Of a stretch of 64,000 nucleotides of DNA, positions 58,810 to 64,000 are shown piece after piece; within the stretch, counting starts at the first letter, position 1; each line of letters starts with the position of its first letter. The position numbers and the translations under genes were made by a program. Under the pieces are notes generated by a model. The model saw only the letters and a list, made by a program, of their open reading frames with translations, searched no databases and had not been told where the DNA came from. The stretch lies in NCBI GenBank assembly GCA_965233585.1, contig CBDDTI010000747.1, positions 960,001 to 1,024,000 on the forward strand, given 5' to 3'. This DNA is from a bacterium. Its GTDB lineage: Bacteria > SAR324 > NAC60-12.

Positions 58810-59928
58810 TTAAAAACGTAGGCTGACACCTATATTGAGGAGAGTGCTGCCGATTTTTTCGGTGTTGAGAAGTCTTTCTTGTTTGGAGAAAAAGCCATGT
58901 AAGCGGTAGCCTTTTAAATCATCAAAAGGGAAGATTTCTACACCAATGGTAGAGCTGTTAAATTCTTCCCGTTTCTCTAGTTGAATGGCATCAATAGACC
59001 ACTTGACAAAAGGCTGGAATCGCTGCCCTTGATGTTGTGCTTTCACGACGATGGAATCTTCCTGTTCTGAATCATGGTTAATAATTTCATCTTTGTCATT
59101 CAGCTCTTTATAAGCATCTTGTTGTCTATTTAAAAAATCAAAATCAATGACTCCGTTTTGTGTTTTCAAAGATGCCCCAATAGAATAAACTCTTGATGTA
59201 AATGCTTCTTTTGTTTGAACTTTTTCGTTCTCACTATCAAGCCGAAATTCTTCTGCAGAGGGAAAGAAACCATATTGAATGACAGGTTTAAAATTCCCAT
59301 CTATAAACTCTCCATACCATGCAAGATTGTATGACATGGCATATTGATTTTGATTGCCACTTGGAATCTGATTGAGCAGTTGCAAAATCAGAGTTTGTTC
59401 TTTGATTTCAGGCATGGCTTGTTTCAGATTGAGCAAAAGCGATGCGCCTACTGTGTATAAATCTTTGAGACGGTTACCGATGTGTGAATAATGAAAAACG
59501 TCAATGGGATTTTTGCTCCCTTCTATGCCACCTTGCAAGACAAACTGCTTGCCAATACGAAACTGCATGAGTTCTGAAAAGTGATGACGAAGATACCAAT
59601 ACTCTAATCCTAAGCTGGTGTTATCTTTTTGTTGTTGAAAATCACGATTCCATCGGACTCGCATGTGGTAGTCTATTTTTGGACTGACAGCACCCCTAAG
59701 GTTGAGGTGCGCTCGGTTGACCACAAACTGTGTGGTAGTGCCTGATGAAGAGTTGTTTTTAGAATGGTCATCACTGAAGCCTGATTGTAAATCTGTTCGG
59801 AATTCAGGTTCTAATAATAGTAATTCTTCTGCAGCCAATACAGATGTTTGAAAGGCGAGGAAACACAGTGTGCAAACAATGCGTCTGATAAGAGAGAAGC
59901 AATCTTTTTCTTGTTGCATAGTAACCAA
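58810..59928 (-). CDS. Putative outer-membrane porin
   Basis: Signal peptide, amphipathic strands, FRIGKQF motif, C-terminal Phe. Confidence 0.65.
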   Translation of the reverse strand: MVTMQQEKDCFSLIRRIVCTLCFLAFQTSVLAAEELLLLEPEFRTDLQSGFSDDHSKNNSSSGTTTQFVVNRAHLNLRGAVSPKIDYHMRVRWNRDFQQQKDNTSLGLEYWYLRHHFSELMQFRIGKQFVLQGGIEGSKNPIDVFHYSHIGNRLKDLYTVGASLLLNLKQAMPEIKEQTLILQLLNQIPSGNQNQYAMSYNLAWYGEFIDGNFKPVIQYGFFPSAEEFRLDSENEKVQTKEAFTSRVYSIGASLKTQNGVIDFDFLNRQQDAYKELNDKDEIINHDSEQEDSIVVKAQHQGQRFQPFVKWSIDAIQLEKREEFNSSTIGVEIFPFDDLKGYRLHGFFSKQERLLNTEKIGSTLLNIGVSLRF

Positions 59929-60041
59929 TTTAAACCTGTCAATCTATCATGGGATTAAGAAAGAATCCATTGAATAGTGGTGAGGGCTTATGATACGATA
60001 AGAGTTTTGCTTCATCGTTAAAGAGTGACCAAGTTTAGAAA

Positions 60042-60413
60042 ATGATTAAGGACGCATTAAGTTATTTATCACCTGATTTAGAAATTGAAGGGACTGTGAT
60101 TTGCAGTGGTCCTATTCGTGTTGATTCAAAGATACGGGGAAAAATAGAGTCAAAGCAGCAAGTCAACATTGGCACTCCTGCTTTAATTCAAGGACCGATT
60201 CGGGCAAAAACAGTAGTCGTAAATGGCACAGTCAAAGGAGATTTGCATATTTCAGAAACGGTTGCGATTCTTTCACAAGCCAAAGTTGAAGGAGACATTT
60301 ATGTCCCCGAAGGCGGGTTGTCTGTTGTGAAAGGAAGCAGAATTGAAGGAAGATTGAAGATAGGTTTTCCAAAAATTCCTAAACTAAAATCTATGCAACA
60401 GTCTGGCGTGTAG
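60042..60413 (+). CDS. Bactofilin (polymer-forming cytoskeletal protein)
   Basis: IEG..IRVD..I.G.I..V.G.V.GD beta-helix pattern. Confidence 0.88.
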   Translation: MIKDALSYLSPDLEIEGTVICSGPIRVDSKIRGKIESKQQVNIGTPALIQGPIRAKTVVVNGTVKGDLHISETVAILSQAKVEGDIYVPEGGLSVVKGSRIEGRLKIGFPKIPKLKSMQQSGV

Positions 60414-61011
60414 GACTTGGAGCATTGGCAGCTTTGATTGCACTGGCAGCTTGTGCTGTCTTAATCTTCTGCATGGCTATATTTTCAGGCTTGATTTCTG
60501 CGGGCTTTTCAGCCTCCACTTTCTGATGAGTCGCAGGCTGGTCTTTTGCTGTTTCATTTGATTGAGGTGAATATGTTGCTTTTGGCTTGTCCTGCATAAA
60601 CTCCATGAATTTAGGGTTTTTTAGGAGAGCAAGAGTTTCTTCTTTTGTCTCGTCATTAAGCAAACCTTCTTTAATTTTAGGTGCAAAATCTTCCACCTTT
60701 TCAATATCCAAATCCTCCACAGCATCAAGTTCTAAAATTTGCTCACGTTCTTGGTCTGTCACTTCTTTAAGCCTTCTTTCTATGGCAGCTGAAAAAATAT
60801 CAACGGCTTTTTCTTTCAAAGCTGGGTCGCCTTCTATATTTTCAATGCGTGAAAGCACTTTGGCATATGCAGAGGTTTGTTCTGTTTTTTCTCCTTTCTC
60901 ACTGCCTTGGGCTTGAGCTGTGTTGACCTGAGGTTTCTTGACCTGTGCCTCTTCAGATTTGACTGTGCGTTGTTCTAAACGTGGTTGTACAGTTTGAGCT
61001 TGAACCTGCAT
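60391..61011 (-). CDS. Hypothetical protein
   Basis: 206-aa ORF with AAGGAG RBS; low-complexity termini. Confidence 0.65.
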   Translation of the reverse strand: MQVQAQTVQPRLEQRTVKSEEAQVKKPQVNTAQAQGSEKGEKTEQTSAYAKVLSRIENIEGDPALKEKAVDIFSAAIERRLKEVTDQEREQILELDAVEDLDIEKVEDFAPKIKEGLLNDETKEETLALLKNPKFMEFMQDKPKATYSPQSNETAKDQPATHQKVEAEKPAEIKPENIAMQKIKTAQAASAIKAANAPSPTRQTVA

Positions 61012-61271
61012 GGAACTCCTTTTGTTAAATCAATTTTTCACTATGGATAACTAGCCTAAAGTCATTCAATAATGATGCCAATGTCTGAAAATTTGATGAT
61101 TGATGATGAATCACGAATCTTTAAACTTGTAAAAGTTTGAAGGATTTGCTTTCGGCATTTGAAAACTTGACTCAATCATTTCTTTCTTGTACATGTTTTG
61201 CTGTCTTTAAAATTAAGAGTGATTTATGTTATTTATAAAAAAGCGTCAATATTATGTAAAATAATTTTAAA

Positions 61272-61688
61272 TTGAAAAAAAAAGAGAAAACAGAAATAAT
61301 AGAAAAATTAATACAAAAGACCAAAATGAAATCACACAAAATCAATAACAACAACTACTTCATTTTTGACAAAGATTTAAAAGATCAAAAACTTCATTTC
61401 TTGTGGGGTAAATTTGACTTTCGCATCAAATTTCGTTCCGTAGAAGATAGAAAGCAAGCACAATATCAAGACCATGCTGGAAACTTCTTTGCAATGGACT
61501 ATTTGGAAGGATTTTTAAAAAAGCAATGGCATCGCTTTGAACGTGTGACAGGACATGGCTTTACTTTTGAGGAAACTTGTTGGAGTTTTGATGGAAGTTT
61601 GTTCTATGTAGAATTACCCAAAAATTTGAAACGAGCCGCAATGGAACTGGCAGCAATAGAATTTGATTGGGAATCAACTCAATCTTGA
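61272..61688 (+). CDS. Hypothetical protein coupled to clpB
   Basis: Open frame whose TGA overlaps the clpB ATG (TGATG); start may be ATG 61326. Confidence 0.6.
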   Translation: MKKKEKTEIIEKLIQKTKMKSHKINNNNYFIFDKDLKDQKLHFLWGKFDFRIKFRSVEDRKQAQYQDHAGNFFAMDYLEGFLKKQWHRFERVTGHGFTFEETCWSFDGSLFYVELPKNLKRAAMELAAIEFDWESTQS

Positions 61689-64000
61689 TGATACCACACC
61701 GCCTTTCTCCTCTTGCCCAAGAGGCATGGCAATCTGCCAAACAAAATTCATCTTCTGCCTTACAACCAGAACAACTTGCGATCGCGTTGCTTCAGCAACA
61801 AGAATCATTGCTGATTCCTTTCCTACAACTCACTGCGAAAGATATTTCTCATTTAATTGATGATTTAGAACTTTCTTTAAAGGCTTTGCACCCTTCAAAA
61901 GACTCAGGATTTTCTGACGAACTTCAAACTCTTCTTTCTCAAAACCAAGATGAATTAATCACTCCAGAAGTTTTATTTTTGAAGATTGTCAACATCTCTC
62001 GCTTACAAAAACTTTTTGAAAAACATGGCATTTTTGCAAATGAGCTTCAGCAAAAAATTACTCAAACCAATTATCAGCAGCATTCTGGAGTCCAAGATGT
62101 TTTTCAACTGTATTGTGTAGATTTAGTTGAACTTGCCAAACTGGAAAAATTTGACCCCGTCATCAGCAGAGAAAAAGAACTCAAACGTGTCATTCAAATT
62201 CTTTGCAGACGTTATAAAAACAATCCACTTTTGTTAGGAGACCCTGGAGTTGGAAAAACCGCCATTGTGGAAGGTTTGGCGTGTAAGATTGCATCAGGTA
62301 AAGCACCAGAGACGTTAAAAAACAAACGTCTTTTAAGTTTGGACATTGGTGCATTGATAGCGGGGGCTTCCTATCGTGGAGAGTTTGAAGACCGTCTGAA
62401 AAAACTGATTAAGGCACTAGAAAACGACGAGGGTGAAACATTGTTGTTCATTGATGAATTTCAAACCTTGATGGGAGCTGGTAAAACTGATGGTGGTATT
62501 GATGCTGTCAATTTGTTCAAGCCTGCTTTGGCACGTGGAAAATTGAGGTGCATCGGGGCAACAACTTTTGACGACTTCAAACAAATTGCAACAAATACTG
62601 CTCTGACAAGACGTTTTCAACAGGTCATGATTGTTGAACCAGATTTTGAAGCGTCTCTTGAAATCCTACGAGGTTTGAAACCTAGATATGAATCGCATCA
62701 CAGCATCAAAATCAAAGATGAAGCTCTTGTTTCATCTATTCGGCTTTCACAAAGGTATCTACCTGAACGTCAGTTACCTGATAAAGCGATTGATTTGATT
62801 GATGAAGCCTCTGCTAACTTAAAAATTCAAAGAGAATCACCTCCTGAAGAACTCACACAACTCAATGAGCAGATTGCATCGTTGGAAGCCAAACCGCTCT
62901 CCAAAATTGAAGAAAAGCATCATTTGCAAGAATTGCGAGAACGTCAAGAATCGTTACAAAAAATTTGGAATGACGAGCTGGCACATCGTTTGGAACTTCA
63001 AAAACTTAAAAATAAACTAGAACAAGTCAAGCATCAAGAAAAGATTGCCCAACAAAATAAAGATTTTGAACTTGCTGCCAAACTTCGTTATGAAACTTTA
63101 GAGACTTTAGAAAGTCAGCTTGACTCACATCAAGCCAAGCAACCCCGTTTTGCATTTAAGGAGTTTGTGGAACAAGAAGACATTGCCCAAATTATTTCAG
63201 AATGGAGCAGTGTGCCAATTTCAAAAATTTTAGATACAGAACAAGCAAAACTGACACAGATGGAACAAGCGTTGGAGTCCAGAATTGTAGGACAAAGAGA
63301 AGCTGTTTTGGCAGTTTCTAACGCCATTCGCAGAGCAAGGGCTGGTGTTCAAGACCCAAACCGTCCCATCGGGTCGTTCATTTTTTTAGGTGTTTCTGGT
63401 GTTGGAAAAACGGAACTGGCACGTTCGCTGGCAGAATATCTTTTTGATGATGAAAAAGCCTTAATCCGCTTTGACATGTCTGAATATATGGAACGTTATT
63501 CTGCAACCCGTTTGATTGGCGCACCTCCGGGATATGTTGGGTTTGAGTCTGGAGGAGAATTGACAGAGATCATTAAACGCAAGCCATATGCTGTCATTTT
63601 GTTTGATGAAATTGAAAAAGCACACCCTGATATTTTTAACCTGTTCTTACAAATCCTTGATGATGGCAGACTGACAGACACCAAAGGTCGTAGTGTCCGA
63701 TTCAATGATACGTTAATCATTATGACCACCAACCTTGGCAGTGACCAACTACTGAACATGCAACAAAATCAAACGGCTCAAGATGTGGCACAGACGATTG
63801 AACAAGAACTTTTTACACATTTTAAACCAGAGTTTTTAAATAGGATTGATGAAATCATTGCATTCAATCGTTTGGGGGTTCATGCCTTTGAAAAAATTGT
63901 GAGGATTCAGCTGGAAGGCATTCAAAAAAGGTTAGCTGAACAAAACAGAAGTATTGAGTTTCAAGACAGCATTAGACACGAACTTGCTAAAAAAACGGCT
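61688..64000 (+). CDS. clpB: ClpB-like AAA+ chaperone, truncated by the window edge (absent from the ORF track)
   Basis: From ATG 61688: KNNPLLLGDPGVGKT, YRGEFEDRLK, LFIDE, LPDKAIDLIDEA, coiled-coil middle domain, FLGVSGVGKTELA, LFDEIEKAHP. Confidence 0.9.
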   Translation, partial: MIPHRLSPLAQEAWQSAKQNSSSALQPEQLAIALLQQQESLLIPFLQLTAKDISHLIDDLELSLKALHPSKDSGFSDELQTLLSQNQDELITPEVLFLKIVNISRLQKLFEKHGIFANELQQKITQTNYQQHSGVQDVFQLYCVDLVELAKLEKFDPVISREKELKRVIQILCRRYKNNPLLLGDPGVGKTAIVEGLACKIASGKAPETLKNKRLLSLDIGALIAGASYRGEFEDRLKKLIKALENDEGETLLFIDEFQTLMGAGKTDGGIDAVNLFKPALARGKLRCIGATTFDDFKQIATNTALTRRFQQVMIVEPDFEASLEILRGLKPRYESHHSIKIKDEALVSSIRLSQRYLPERQLPDKAIDLIDEASANLKIQRESPPEELTQLNEQIASLEAKPLSKIEEKHHLQELRERQESLQKIWNDELAHRLELQKLKNKLEQVKHQEKIAQQNKDFELAAKLRYETLETLESQLDSHQAKQPRFAFKEFVEQEDIAQIISEWSSVPISKILDTEQAKLTQMEQALESRIVGQREAVLAVSNAIRRARAGVQDPNRPIGSFIFLGVSGVGKTELARSLAEYLFDDEKALIRFDMSEYMERYSATRLIGAPPGYVGFESGGELTEIIKRKPYAVILFDEIEKAHPDIFNLFLQILDDGRLTDTKGRSVRFNDTLIIMTTNLGSDQLLNMQQNQTAQDVAQTIEQELFTHFKPEFLNRIDEIIAFNRLGVHAFEKIVRIQLEGIQKRLAEQNRSIEFQDSIRHELAKKTA

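Noticed and set aside
61663..63759. Short ORFs at the right end
   Set aside because: Off-frame or antisense to the long clpB-like frame.

Overview
AT-rich chromosomal window from a Gram-negative bacterium (lipoprotein/Lol and porin genes; taxon not determinable from sequence alone). Most of it is housekeeping genes: coaX, glyS, gcvTHP, rsgA, argA, hemL, mutM, mqnC-like, mnmG, tricorn protease, dcd, ybeY, rsmH, lolC/E-like, alaS, tpiA, secG, recN, HU/IHF, ygfZ and a clpB-like gene running off the right end. Two accessory loci stand out. (1) About 22.98-33.99 kb holds four paralogous lipoproteins, each with six near-identical Kelch blades that vary mainly at an R-x-x-H dipeptide and at the loop after GG. 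They are interleaved with four small DUF1640/CCDC90-like membrane coiled-coil genes, a Panacea antitoxin plus unknown partner, and seven clusters of REP/dRS3-like hairpins showing covariation, arm swapping and nested insertions at their loops. This is a candidate recombination-driven surface-receptor diversification system; no recombinase or reverse transcriptase is in the window. (2) About 47.8-50.9 kb holds three tandem AbrB-VapC toxin-antitoxin modules with conserved outer blocks around a divergent contiguous core, plus an orphan BrnA/CopG-like antitoxin. No tRNA, rRNA, CRISPR array or transposase was recognised. The ORF track mislabels the strand of 31364..31663 (it is +) and omits clpB.
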